From contig JAOPTT010000009.1 of NCBI GenBank assembly GCA_051531975.1, positions 192,001-256,000 on the forward strand: a stretch of 64,000 bases of DNA, given 5' to 3'. The stretch is from Spirochaetaceae bacterium (lineage in GTDB: Bacteria > Spirochaetota > Spirochaetia > DSM-2461). The notes under the pieces were generated by a model, which did no database searches, was not told where the DNA came from, and worked only from the letters and a program-made list of their open reading frames with translations. Below are positions 1 through 9,651 of this stretch, piece by piece. The stretch's first letter is position 1. Every line of letters starts with the position of its first letter. A program made the position numbers and the translations under genes.

Positions 1-1779
1 TGGTATGGATATTACTGATGTTCCAAGGGCAATCCAAAAAGCAAAAAGGAAAATCTGGGGTAAATTGTTGTAAATAGGGTTTAATAGATATTTTGTAAAT
101 CCACTTTCTCTTTTTATTGTAATCCCAGCAGATATAGCAAATCCAATAAGGGATATAACAGCTGTTATCACACTTGTAGCAAACCATGAAGACATAGCTA
201 ATAATGGGCTGAAAACTGTTATTAAACTCAATCCCATAGTAGTTAGAAGTCTTAAGGAGATGAAGGTTTTTTCTCTAGAGTTTAATAAGAATAGATCATT
301 TTTTATATTTTTTTTAGTTAATAAAAATACAAAGATGGATATTAACATTCCAGGTATAAGGAAGAGCCATCCATTCTCCAAACCCGGTTTAAAGATAGAC
401 TTACCTATTAATGGAAAGTCTTCTGATTCAGTTCTGGCTGATGACATTATTAATTTCATATCTTTAACAATTTCACTATTTTCATCTGCAACATTAATTT
501 TTTCACCAGGATCTGTTTTAAGGTTATATAGTTCTATTGGCCCATTTGGAAATAGACGGACAAATTTTCTAACAGCTTTCCAGTCATCTTTCCTAACAGC
601 CTGAAGCCCAACATTTTCATGGAATTCCCAATACAGGTAGTCATGTGTTTCCTGTTCATCTTTGTTACCAAGGAGGGTAGGCAGATATGAGATTCCGTCT
701 ATATTATCCGGTTTTTTTATTCCGTATATATCTGCCACAGTAGGCATAAAATCCCAGAATGCTGAAGGATGGTCACTAACCTGCCCAGGAGTTATTGTTC
801 CTGGCCATTTTGCAATTAGCGGTATTCTAATTCCACCTTCGTATAGATCTCTTTTAATACCTCTAAATGGACCAGAGCTGTTAAAAAACTCTGGATCTGC
901 ACCACCCTCTGCATGTGGCCCATTATCACTACTGAACATGATTAGAGTATTTTCATCAATTCCCAACTTTTCAAGTTTATCAATAATTTGACCTATATCG
1001 CTGTCCATTCTTGTCATCATTGCTGCAAACTTCTTCATGTTTTCAGGCCATGGTTGGTCTTTGTATGGTTCTATATCAGGAACCTGAAGCGCTGCATGGG
1101 GTATCGCGTATGCTAGATAGAGGAAAAAAGCATTGTTCCTGTTCTCTTCTATATATTCCAGTGTTTTATCTGTAAAAAGATCGTGAGTATAAGTTTCCCC
1201 ATCCAGTTCTAATATATTCTGATTTTCCCATATGTAGTCCGGGTAGTAGTTATGTGCCTGTCTTTGACAGTTATATCCGTAAAATTCATCAAATCCCTGT
1301 TTTTCAGGGGTTCCAGAACTTTCTGGGTATCCTAATCCCCACTTTCCAAATACTGCAGTCTCAATATCTTCATCCTGAAGCATTTGAGCAACTGTATATG
1401 TATTTTCAGTTAGAGGATGTTGACCTTCAGGCTGGACTTCCTTGTTTCCTCTAATATCAGTATGCCCTGTATGTTTACCGGTTAATAGACAACTTCTAGA
1501 TGGAGCACATACTGGAGCACCAGCATAGTGGTCTGTAAACATTATTCCATCATCGGCCATTTTATCAATATTGGGGGTTAATATCGTATCCTGTCCATAT
1601 TTACCAAAATCTCCATAACCCGCATCATCCGATAAGATAAATATGATATTAGGTCTTGTATCATTTACCTCTTTAGCCAATATAATTCTTGGTAATATAA
1701 GACCCATAATAATAAATAACACTATTTTTACCATGTTATTATTAATTGAATTGTCTAGTTTAATATAAAATTTTGCCAA
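1..1779 (-). CDS. Arylsulfatase (Cys-type formylglycine-dependent sulfatase) with a C-terminal multi-TM extension; 3' end runs off the window
   Basis: Not in the ORF track because it is open at the edge. Manual translation gives RPNIIFILSDDAGYGD, the CxPxR motif (VCAPSRSCLLTG), GKWGLG, SDNG and KRDLYEGGIRIP. Start is TTG 1779 after GAAGGTGG, or ATG 1734. Hydrophobic segments follow from ~370 to 1. Confidence 0.88.
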   Translation of the reverse strand, partial: MAKFYIKLDNSINNNMVKIVLFIIMGLILPRIILAKEVNDTRPNIIFILSDDAGYGDFGKYGQDTILTPNIDKMADDGIMFTDHYAGAPVCAPSRSCLLTGKHTGHTDIRGNKEVQPEGQHPLTENTYTVAQMLQDEDIETAVFGKWGLGYPESSGTPEKQGFDEFYGYNCQRQAHNYYPDYIWENQNILELDGETYTHDLFTDKTLEYIEENRNNAFFLYLAYAIPHAALQVPDIEPYKDQPWPENMKKFAAMMTRMDSDIGQIIDKLEKLGIDENTLIMFSSDNGPHAEGGADPEFFNSSGPFRGIKRDLYEGGIRIPLIAKWPGTITPGQVSDHPSAFWDFMPTVADIYGIKKPDNIDGISYLPTLLGNKDEQETHDYLYWEFHENVGLQAVRKDDWKAVRKFVRLFPNGPIELYNLKTDPGEKINVADENSEIVKDMKLIMSSARTESEDFPLIGKSIFKPGLENGWLFLIPGMLISIFVFLLTKKNIKNDLFLLNSREKTFISLRLLTTMGLSLITVFSPLLAMSSWFATSVITAVISLIGFAISAGITIKRESGFTKYLLNPIYNNLPQIFLFAFWIALGTSVISIP

Positions 1780-1893
1780 AAGACCCACCTTCAATTTTAC
1801 TTTAACATTGAATTTGTGTTTGTCAAGTAAAAAATGCCACACGTGTGCCATTGCTTGATAAATATGAAACTAATAAGTGCTCTAGAAAAATAA

Positions 1894-3810
1894 TTATTGA
1901 AGGTTTTCCTTTTTATATTCACCTGGTGTTTTACCAAAATACTTTTTAAAAAGAGTAAAAAAGTAATTACTATTTAAAAATCCAGATTCAAGCGCAACTT
2001 GAGCCATAGGTTTATCACTATTTATGATAATCTCAGTAGCCTTATTTAATCGGAATTGATTAATCTCTTTTTGAATGGAATGTGATGAAACACTTCTAAA
2101 GACCTTCATAAGATATCCTGTTGAAAATCCAAGCTGGTCTGCGATAAAGTCAGCTGACAAGTTTAAATTCATATACTCTTTTTGTATAATACTACGCACC
2201 TGATCAATAATACGTGATTGTGATCCTGAGCGTTGCTTATTTAATGATATGATAATTAATTGAAAAACCTCTTTAAATCTTGCTCCTATCTCTTCTGCTG
2301 TATCAAGACCTTCTAGTTCAAATATTAATGTTAATACATCCGTGTTATTTTCTTCACTTCTAAGATCAAACAAATCTTCTAATAAATTACTTAGAGTTAC
2401 AATTAACCTAAGGATAACTGCTTTGTAAACCCTATATCCATAGGGTATAACATCTTCCATAATTTCATTAAATAATAATTCCGCTTCATCCTGTTTACAA
2501 AGTTTTAGTTTTTCACATAATCTAGCTTCTTTATCTACTGGAAATATAAAAGCAACCTCAGGGACTTCTGGTAACTGCTCTAGCCATGTTATTCCAGGTT
2601 CCTTTAGTCTATAACGTTCTTCTAAAAGTTTGCGAATTAAAGAAAGGGCTGTATCAGGACTTTCCCCTGAGTATTCTGTGTTGGAGGCTGCTGCATAGAA
2701 CAGTAGATCTGTATTATTGTAAGCCTCTCTAATTACCTCTTCTGAGAATTCTATAAAGTTTGGACTTTTATTGGTTGATTGCAAAACAAACAGAATGTTC
2801 TGATCTACATTATATCCGGAAATAACCCAATCTTTTGACTTTCCCGATTTTTTAATTATAGTTTCTGCAGATAAAACCGCTTCATTAAATTTTAAACGCC
2901 CTAATGAACGCAGAGTTTCACTGTGTTTTGCTATTGTTAATGCTAAAAAGTAGAATTTTTTATTTGGATCAAATCCAAGATTGGTTAATAATTTTTTTTG
3001 TCTACCAGTGTCAGTTACACCTTTAATAAATAGCTCTCTAAATGTTGACCTTTCAGTAACTTCCTCTAACCTTTTTTTCTCCTGGGTGTACCTGACAATT
3101 TTTCTCTTCCAGGATAATCCAATAATTATAAATATAATGATTACTACCAGATCAACAATAAATACAAAATTAAACCGTCGTGTTTCAATTTCAATCATCT
3201 TTTTTAAATGTTGTATAAGTTCATTTAGAAAACTATCAAATGTCTCTCCAGCATCATCTAAAATCTTAATTGATGAGATTAGTTTTACTCCTAACTGAAG
3301 CTCCTCTGGTTTTATCCTTTTTAGTAGCCGTAATTTATAAAATTCCTCGATTAAACTTCCTCTAACCAGTTTTTCTGCGAAACCAATATCTATTATTTCT
3401 TTTAGGATAGAATCTATATCGGAAAATACATCATCGGTTAATGTCCATAAACTAATTGTTTTTTCAGTAATTATTGATATATCAGGGTTTAGTTCTAAAG
3501 TCCCTATCTGAATTGACAACTCATTTAACTGTTTATTCAGGGAAACTCGTTTTTCCTTCCAATCAAATACGAGTTTTTTAAATAGTTCAGTTCTGTCACC
3601 ATAAGGATTATTTTGATGTTTTAAAAGAAGGTCAATTGTTGCAACATCCATGGCATTCCATTCTGTTACAACTTCCTGACTTAATAGCAGTACATTTTTT
3701 AAACGTGAATTTCTAAATTCTGATAAAACTGTAAATGAGATTAGAATAAAAAATATAGACAATAACAGTGGTAAAAGGATGAAATTCCACCACTTCATTT
3801 TGTAAATCAT
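1894..3810 (-). CDS. Transmembrane AraC-family regulator (2 TM helices, extracytoplasmic domain, C-terminal AraC HTH)
   Basis: N-terminal and internal hydrophobic helices; C-terminal AraC signature VALESGFLNSNYFFTLFKKYFGKTPGEYK. Confidence 0.85.
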   Translation of the reverse strand: MIYKMKWWNFILLPLLLSIFFILISFTVLSEFRNSRLKNVLLLSQEVVTEWNAMDVATIDLLLKHQNNPYGDRTELFKKLVFDWKEKRVSLNKQLNELSIQIGTLELNPDISIITEKTISLWTLTDDVFSDIDSILKEIIDIGFAEKLVRGSLIEEFYKLRLLKRIKPEELQLGVKLISSIKILDDAGETFDSFLNELIQHLKKMIEIETRRFNFVFIVDLVVIIIFIIIGLSWKRKIVRYTQEKKRLEEVTERSTFRELFIKGVTDTGRQKKLLTNLGFDPNKKFYFLALTIAKHSETLRSLGRLKFNEAVLSAETIIKKSGKSKDWVISGYNVDQNILFVLQSTNKSPNFIEFSEEVIREAYNNTDLLFYAAASNTEYSGESPDTALSLIRKLLEERYRLKEPGITWLEQLPEVPEVAFIFPVDKEARLCEKLKLCKQDEAELLFNEIMEDVIPYGYRVYKAVILRLIVTLSNLLEDLFDLRSEENNTDVLTLIFELEGLDTAEEIGARFKEVFQLIIISLNKQRSGSQSRIIDQVRSIIQKEYMNLNLSADFIADQLGFSTGYLMKVFRSVSSHSIQKEINQFRLNKATEIIINSDKPMAQVALESGFLNSNYFFTLFKKYFGKTPGEYKKENLQ

Positions 3811-3936
3811 TGTAGAATAATAACATAATATACTTCTTTTTTAAACTATTATTGGATCTTAGAATTGAGCTGAAGAGATAAGAATAAGATTTGATTAGAA
3901 ACTATAAGTATATTAAAATTATTAATAGGGGATAAT

Positions 3937-5235
3937 ATGAAAAGACAGTATTGTTTAACCATAACTATTTTATTCATTACAATATTCCAACTATCATGTA
4001 GTGGAGAGAGTGAAGAAAAAACTAATAACCCTATAATTTTAACAGTATGGGATTATAAATATGGAGAAGTGAATGCAGCAGGTCCAGTTTTCAAAGAGAT
4101 GGATCGTCTATTCATGGAACAATATCCAGACATCATTATAAAACACATTGGTAAATCTAGCGACCGGTATTTTGAGTCTTTAAAAATTGCATTGGCTGGT
4201 GGAACATCTCCTGATATTGCAATGTTTTCAGCTTCTAGTATCAATATACACGGAAATAACCTTATTGATCTTGATGATTATATAAATCCTTGGAGAGACC
4301 AAATCTCCGAATCTATATGGAAAACCTGTACAGTTAACAGAATTATAGGTGATCCTGTAAAAGTCTCTCCAATTACAATACAGGGACGAGGGTTTTATTA
4401 TAACAAAAAACTGTTTATTAAGGCCGGTCTTAATCCTGAAAATCCTCCAGTTGAGTGGAGTGATTTTTTAGCAGCTTGTGAGAAGTTAAAAGATGCGGAT
4501 ATTATTCCAATTATTTGGGGTAATAATAATGCTGAAGATTCAGGATATTGGTTATTCAAAACATTCTTAGGAACTTTTTACAATGATGAAGACCATCGTG
4601 ATTTTATCAGTTCATGGGATTTTAATTCAAAAGAGGTTAAAACTGCTATAAGTATGGTAAAAGAGTTACAGGATAGTGAATATCTGGATCCTCTTGGAAA
4701 CCTAACACCGCTATGGATGGATGCAATAGAAAAATTTAAAGAGGGGCAGGGTGCTATTTTTCATGGCCTTCTCTCTGATATAGCCCATTGGAAGGATTTT
4801 AGTGATACTCTTGGTAAAGACAATATTGGTTATTTCCCTAATATCAATCATCCAAATGCTAAATATAGAGATGCACAAATATTTGCAGGCGCTGGTATTT
4901 CATTTGGAATATACGAAAGTTGTGAAAATAAAGATGCAGCAGCTCTCTATCTTAAACATTACTCAACTGGGGAAGCACTTCTTTTATATTTAAAAAAAGC
5001 CGGAGCACTTCTTCCATATAAAGATCTTGATTATAGTTATACGGGTTATCCCATTGTTTATGAAATTATGAATTCTATAAATAATTTCTCAGTTACAGGT
5101 GGATTTGGACCTAAACTAAATAAAAAATATAATAATGACATCATTTCTAATTTGGAGTTACTTTTGAATACAAAAGAGATAACGGTAGATGAGTTTTTGA
5201 CGGCAATGCAAAACTCTATCGAAGTCATAGAATAG
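3937..5235 (+). CDS. Carbohydrate ABC transporter solute-binding protein (family 1), lipoprotein-type copy
   Basis: Lipobox-like FQLSC; GTSPDI and FYYNKKLF..AGL motifs of CUT1 SBPs. Confidence 0.85.
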   Translation: MKRQYCLTITILFITIFQLSCSGESEEKTNNPIILTVWDYKYGEVNAAGPVFKEMDRLFMEQYPDIIIKHIGKSSDRYFESLKIALAGGTSPDIAMFSASSINIHGNNLIDLDDYINPWRDQISESIWKTCTVNRIIGDPVKVSPITIQGRGFYYNKKLFIKAGLNPENPPVEWSDFLAACEKLKDADIIPIIWGNNNAEDSGYWLFKTFLGTFYNDEDHRDFISSWDFNSKEVKTAISMVKELQDSEYLDPLGNLTPLWMDAIEKFKEGQGAIFHGLLSDIAHWKDFSDTLGKDNIGYFPNINHPNAKYRDAQIFAGAGISFGIYESCENKDAAALYLKHYSTGEALLLYLKKAGALLPYKDLDYSYTGYPIVYEIMNSINNFSVTGGFGPKLNKKYNNDIISNLELLLNTKEITVDEFLTAMQNSIEVIE

Positions 5236-5501
5236 ATTAAAATATTTAAATAATATAAAAACTCCTCCTCAAGAACTGTGTATAAAATTCCTTAAAATAG
5301 TCAAAGTGCTGATTTTTAAACTTTTGAACAGATTTCAAAGACCATAAAGAACCATTTTAAATAAAAGATCACTTTTCAAAGTATACGGATTTGGCATCTC
5401 AGCACAATAATTTAATTAAGCTTCAATACAGTCCGGACTCTGTTTAAAGTTTATTACACGCTTATTTAATACAGCATTTAGTTTAATCAAAGGAGATTTA
5501 A

Positions 5502-6800
5502 ATGAAAAAAAGATTTTTTATCGTAGCATGTGTTTTATTTTTTTTAACCCTTCCAGTATTTAGTAATGGGAATAAAGAAGCAAAAGAAGATGGACCAATT
5601 ACATTAACAGTTTGGGACTTTAAATATGGTGAGGCAGAAGCTGCTGGTCCTGTCTTTAGAGAGATGGATAGATTATTTATGGAAAAGAATCCTGGAATAA
5701 TTATTGAGCATATAGCACAGCCAAATGATCGATATTATGAAATATTAAGAGTTGCAATGGCAGGTGGAACTTCTCCAGATGTTGCAATGTTTGGAGCTTC
5801 TCTTATTAATGTAAATGGAGAAGGTTTAATTGATCTTGATAGCTCTATTGATCCATGGAGAAACCAGATTCCTGAAGCTATCTGGACATCTTGTACAACA
5901 AATAAAGTTGCTGGAGACCCTGTTAAAGTCTCTCCAATAACAATTCAAGGCCGGGGTTTTTATTATAACAAAAAGTTATTTAAAGAAGCCGGTCTAGATC
6001 CTGAAAAGGCACCTATTGAATGGGCTGATTTTTTAGCAACATGTGAGCAGTTAAAAGCAGCTGATATTATTCCTATAATTTGGGGAAATAACAATCCTGG
6101 TGATACTGGTCTATGGTTGTTAAGAACATTCCTTGGTAGTTTCTATAATAATGAAGATCATCAAGATTTTATTAGTGGATGGGATTTTACATCACCAGGT
6201 GTTAAAACTGCAGTAAGTATGATTAAAGAGCTTAAAGATAAAGAATATCTTGATCCTAAAGGTATCTATACTCCGTTATGGATGGATGCAATTGAGAAGT
6301 TTAAAGCCGGAGAGGGAGCTATATTCCATGGTCTTCTTTCAGATATCGCTCATTGGAAAGATTTTAGTGATGCACTAGGTGAAGAAAATGTAGGGTATTT
6401 TGCTAATGTAAATCATCCAGATGCTAAATATCGAGATGCTCAGGTTTTTGTTGGAGCAGGTATATCATACGGTATATATGAAAGCAGTAAATACAAAGAA
6501 GCTGCAGCTCTATATCTAAAACATTACTCAGTTGGTGATGCACCACTACTATATCTTGAAAAAACAGGTGCACTGCTTCCAAATGCAGATATTGATTATA
6601 GTAAAACAGGTTATCCAATAGTTAATGATATTATGGATGATGTTAAGAAGTTCTCTGTATATGGAGGATTTGGTCCTAAATTAAATCAACAGATATCTTC
6701 AGATCTTGTTCCTAACTTAGGTCTGTTATTAAATACAGATGAAATTACAGTTGATGATTTTCTGAAAGAGATGCAGAAAAGTCTTGAGAATTCACAATAA
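5502..6800 (+). CDS. Carbohydrate ABC transporter solute-binding protein (family 1), paralog of 3937..5235
   Basis: Same length (432 aa) with long identical blocks; signal ...LPVFSNGNKE; SD AAGGAG. Confidence 0.9.
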   Translation: MKKRFFIVACVLFFLTLPVFSNGNKEAKEDGPITLTVWDFKYGEAEAAGPVFREMDRLFMEKNPGIIIEHIAQPNDRYYEILRVAMAGGTSPDVAMFGASLINVNGEGLIDLDSSIDPWRNQIPEAIWTSCTTNKVAGDPVKVSPITIQGRGFYYNKKLFKEAGLDPEKAPIEWADFLATCEQLKAADIIPIIWGNNNPGDTGLWLLRTFLGSFYNNEDHQDFISGWDFTSPGVKTAVSMIKELKDKEYLDPKGIYTPLWMDAIEKFKAGEGAIFHGLLSDIAHWKDFSDALGEENVGYFANVNHPDAKYRDAQVFVGAGISYGIYESSKYKEAAALYLKHYSVGDAPLLYLEKTGALLPNADIDYSKTGYPIVNDIMDDVKKFSVYGGFGPKLNQQISSDLVPNLGLLLNTDEITVDDFLKEMQKSLENSQ

Positions 6801-6807
6801 GTGAATT

Positions 6808-6830
6808 AGGCCGGTATGGTATATCGGCCT
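6808..6830 (+). terminator. Intercistronic stem-loop after the SBP gene
   Basis: aggccggtat-ggt-atatcggcct followed by T; typical stabilising hairpin downstream of an SBP gene. Confidence 0.5.
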
Positions 6831-6841
6831 TTATTAAAAGG

Positions 6842-7732
6842 ATGTTCAAATTGAGAAAAAAAACAATCAAAATAAACGAAACGTGGGATGCATGGCGATT
6901 ATTAACCCCTTTGATGGTACTAATGGTAGTTTTTATTTTAATACCTGTATTATCTAATTTTTATACTAGTTTTACAAAATGGGATTTAATATCAGCACCA
7001 AAATGGGTTGGATTCAAGAATTTCATTACTACATTTAATGATAAAAGATTTTTAAAGTCATTAGAAAATTCATTTATCCTTATAACTTATATTCCTGTTG
7101 CAACTTTTTTGCCTGTTATTCTCGCAGCTTTTTTAAAAGAAGGTTTACCAGGGTGGGGTATATTTAGAACAATATTATATCTTCCTAACGTAATGGGTGG
7201 AGTTTTAGTTGCTATTTTATATAAAACTTTTTTAAGACCTGATGGACCTTTTAATACTATTTTACGATCAATAGGTCTAAGCATATTGGCAAGAGACTGG
7301 CTTGTAGATAGTTCCCAGTCAATTCATACTGTTGGATTATTAACTATACTGTCTGTATTAGGCTTTGGTTGCATCTTTTTCATAGCTGCTATGAGTAGCA
7401 TTGATAGCTCACTTTATGAAGCGGCTGTTCTTGATGGAGCTAATTGGTGGCAATCATTTATCCATATTACAATACCGTCTATACGGTTTTCAATTGAGTT
7501 TTTTCTAGTTCTTCAGTTTATAAATGTATTTGCCAGGATGTTTGGCTTAATTTATAACCTCACATTTGGGGGTCCAGGGTTTTCAACCTATACATTTGAA
7601 TTTGGTGTATATGTACAGGGATTCCAACAATATAGATATGGTCTTGCAAGTGCATGGTCAGTAATATTGTTTTTCTTCTGCTCAATAATTGCAATAGTCC
7701 AGATAAGACTAATGAAAAGGAATGAATCATGA
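6842..7732 (+). CDS. Carbohydrate ABC transporter permease (MalF-like)
   Basis: EAA motif LYEAAVLDGANWWQSF; WVGFKNF. Confidence 0.92.
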   Translation: MFKLRKKTIKINETWDAWRLLTPLMVLMVVFILIPVLSNFYTSFTKWDLISAPKWVGFKNFITTFNDKRFLKSLENSFILITYIPVATFLPVILAAFLKEGLPGWGIFRTILYLPNVMGGVLVAILYKTFLRPDGPFNTILRSIGLSILARDWLVDSSQSIHTVGLLTILSVLGFGCIFFIAAMSSIDSSLYEAAVLDGANWWQSFIHITIPSIRFSIEFFLVLQFINVFARMFGLIYNLTFGGPGFSTYTFEFGVYVQGFQQYRYGLASAWSVILFFFCSIIAIVQIRLMKRNES

Positions 7733-8568
7733 ATAATACAATTAAATATAATCCGACACTAAAAATTATAATATATCTAGTTCTAATAGTCTTTTCTACA
7801 CTTGCTATTGGTCCCATAATATTCAGCTTTTTTACAAGTTTCCGTACAAATCCAGATTTTGTAGCTAATACACTAGCACTTCCTAAATCTGCATATTTTG
7901 AAAACTATAAATTTATGATTTTTGATGCTAAAATTTATAGATATTTTGTAAACAATTTAATCATCGGAATAGGTGGTTTATCTATATATATATTTGTTTC
8001 TACCAGTGCCGCATTTGCATTTGGTATACTTAGATTTACAGCAAGAAGAGCTATCTTTTTATTGGTTCTTTTTTTAATGATTTTCCCGCAAATGGTAATA
8101 GCAATACCTCTTTTTAAGATTTGTCTTAAATTGGGTATTTACAATACTAGATTAGGATTAATACTAGCATGGGCTGCATATATTGCACCATTTGGGACAT
8201 ATATGTTAACAACCTATTTTTCAACAATTCCAAGGGCTATATATGAATCTGCTCAAATTGATGGTGCTAAGATATATACAGTATTGTTTAGAATCATGAT
8301 GCCAATTGCTAAACCGATGATAACTACTTTGGCTATTATGGGGTTTTTAGGACTCTGGAACGAGTTTACATTCGCTTTACTTCTGCTTCAAACACCTAAG
8401 CTTCGTACTGTTTCTCTTGGTATTGCAATGTTAGCTGGAGAATATGGATTATCTGTACCAAGACTGTCTGCTGGTATAATGATATCGTCTTTAGTTCCTT
8501 TAGGTGTTTTCCTGATATTCCAAAACCGTGTTGCATTTGGAGCATCGGCAGGATCGGTTAAAGGATAA
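7729..8568 (+). CDS. Carbohydrate ABC transporter permease (MalG-like)
   Basis: IYESAQIDGA; WNEF; ATGA overlap with the preceding gene. Confidence 0.92.
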   Translation: MNNTIKYNPTLKIIIYLVLIVFSTLAIGPIIFSFFTSFRTNPDFVANTLALPKSAYFENYKFMIFDAKIYRYFVNNLIIGIGGLSIYIFVSTSAAFAFGILRFTARRAIFLLVLFLMIFPQMVIAIPLFKICLKLGIYNTRLGLILAWAAYIAPFGTYMLTTYFSTIPRAIYESAQIDGAKIYTVLFRIMMPIAKPMITTLAIMGFLGLWNEFTFALLLLQTPKLRTVSLGIAMLAGEYGLSVPRLSAGIMISSLVPLGVFLIFQNRVAFGASAGSVKG

Positions 8569-8581
8569 TATTCATAAACTA

Positions 8582-8627
8582 TATCACCTGGAGTATAAAC
8601 AGTTATATTTTTATACTCTAGGTGATA
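8582..8627. terminator. Stem-loop between convergent genes
   Basis: tatcacctggagtataaa...tttatactctaggtgata inverted repeat. Confidence 0.6.
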
Positions 8628-8656
8628 CAAGGGTCGTTTGGTAGTTTGTCTAGTCT

Positions 8657-9481
8657 TTATTTAACAAACTGCATTTCAACTGTTAATCCGCCATTTTCAT
8701 TGATATAACAATTGATTTTTCCATTCATTTTATAAACCACAAGATTGTAAACTAATGTCATTCCAAGGCCTCTATATGTAGTTCCCATTTTTGTTGTAAA
8801 AAAGGGTTCAAATATTCTTTTGATAATAGTGTCTTCCATTCCGGTACCATTATCCCCAACTTTTAAAAAGAGCCTATTATTTTCAGAAAAGACATCTATG
8901 TTTATTACACCAGCGGTTACATCTTTTAATCCATGTACAAGGGAATTATTTATTAGATTTGCAACTATTTGTGAAAATGCGGAAGGATAACTATTAAAAA
9001 TCAGATTCTCTTGAATTTTTGTTTTTATTTGGTGACCACTAATTGTAAAACCGTCTGTTCTACCTAAATACTCTATTTCATTTTTTAAGTATTCCGATAA
9101 ATTAAATTGTTCTCTATGATCTTCAATTTTACACACAGCAGTCTCTTTTATTTCGTTAATTAGTGATACCGCACTATTTAAATTGGATTGAACCATATCA
9201 ACAGAGGTTGAAATCATATCTAATTTATCTCTGAGTAGACTTTTACAGCACGATTTAGATGACAAGATGTCCTGAACTTCTTTTAGTAGAAGCTCGATAT
9301 AGGAAGAAGCTGTTATTCCTACACCTAGTGGAGTATTCATTGTGTGGGATATTCCATTTACTAAAAAAATCATAGCCCTCATTTTTTCAGATTCAATAGA
9401 TTTGTCCTGATTCTCTACAAGCTTATTAAATCTGATATTGTGTTTATTTTCTATTGAATGAGTTGGGTATGAATCTAACAT
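8657..9481 (-). CDS. Sensor-less orphan histidine kinase (HisKA + HATPase_c), atypical
   Basis: GISHTMNTPLG H-box, NLINNSLVHG N-box, DNGTGM, IFEPFFTTK. Confidence 0.8.
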   Translation of the reverse strand: MLDSYPTHSIENKHNIRFNKLVENQDKSIESEKMRAMIFLVNGISHTMNTPLGVGITASSYIELLLKEVQDILSSKSCCKSLLRDKLDMISTSVDMVQSNLNSAVSLINEIKETAVCKIEDHREQFNLSEYLKNEIEYLGRTDGFTISGHQIKTKIQENLIFNSYPSAFSQIVANLINNSLVHGLKDVTAGVINIDVFSENNRLFLKVGDNGTGMEDTIIKRIFEPFFTTKMGTTYRGLGMTLVYNLVVYKMNGKINCYINENGGLTVEMQFVK

Positions 9482-9614
9482 AGGAATCTCCTTAAATATG
9501 CTCTAGTTTAATTATAAATCCATATGAATATTGGGGTAGTTTGATTTTTATGACTCTGTTTAATTAATAGGTTTTTGAATTTTAAATATTAACTTAATGT
9601 ATAAAAAAGCGTTC

Positions 9615-9651
9615 AGTAACATTGTGGACCCTGTGGATCCACAATGTTACT
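9615..9651 (-). terminator. Rho-independent terminator after the GH89 fusion
   Basis: 14-bp perfect stem agtaacattgtgga/tccacaatgttact, then a T-run a few nt downstream on the minus strand. Confidence 0.65.

Noticed and set aside
260..1454. Plus-strand ORFs 260..604, 662..991 and 1254..1454
   Set aside because: They are antisense shadows of the sulfatase gene on the minus strand.
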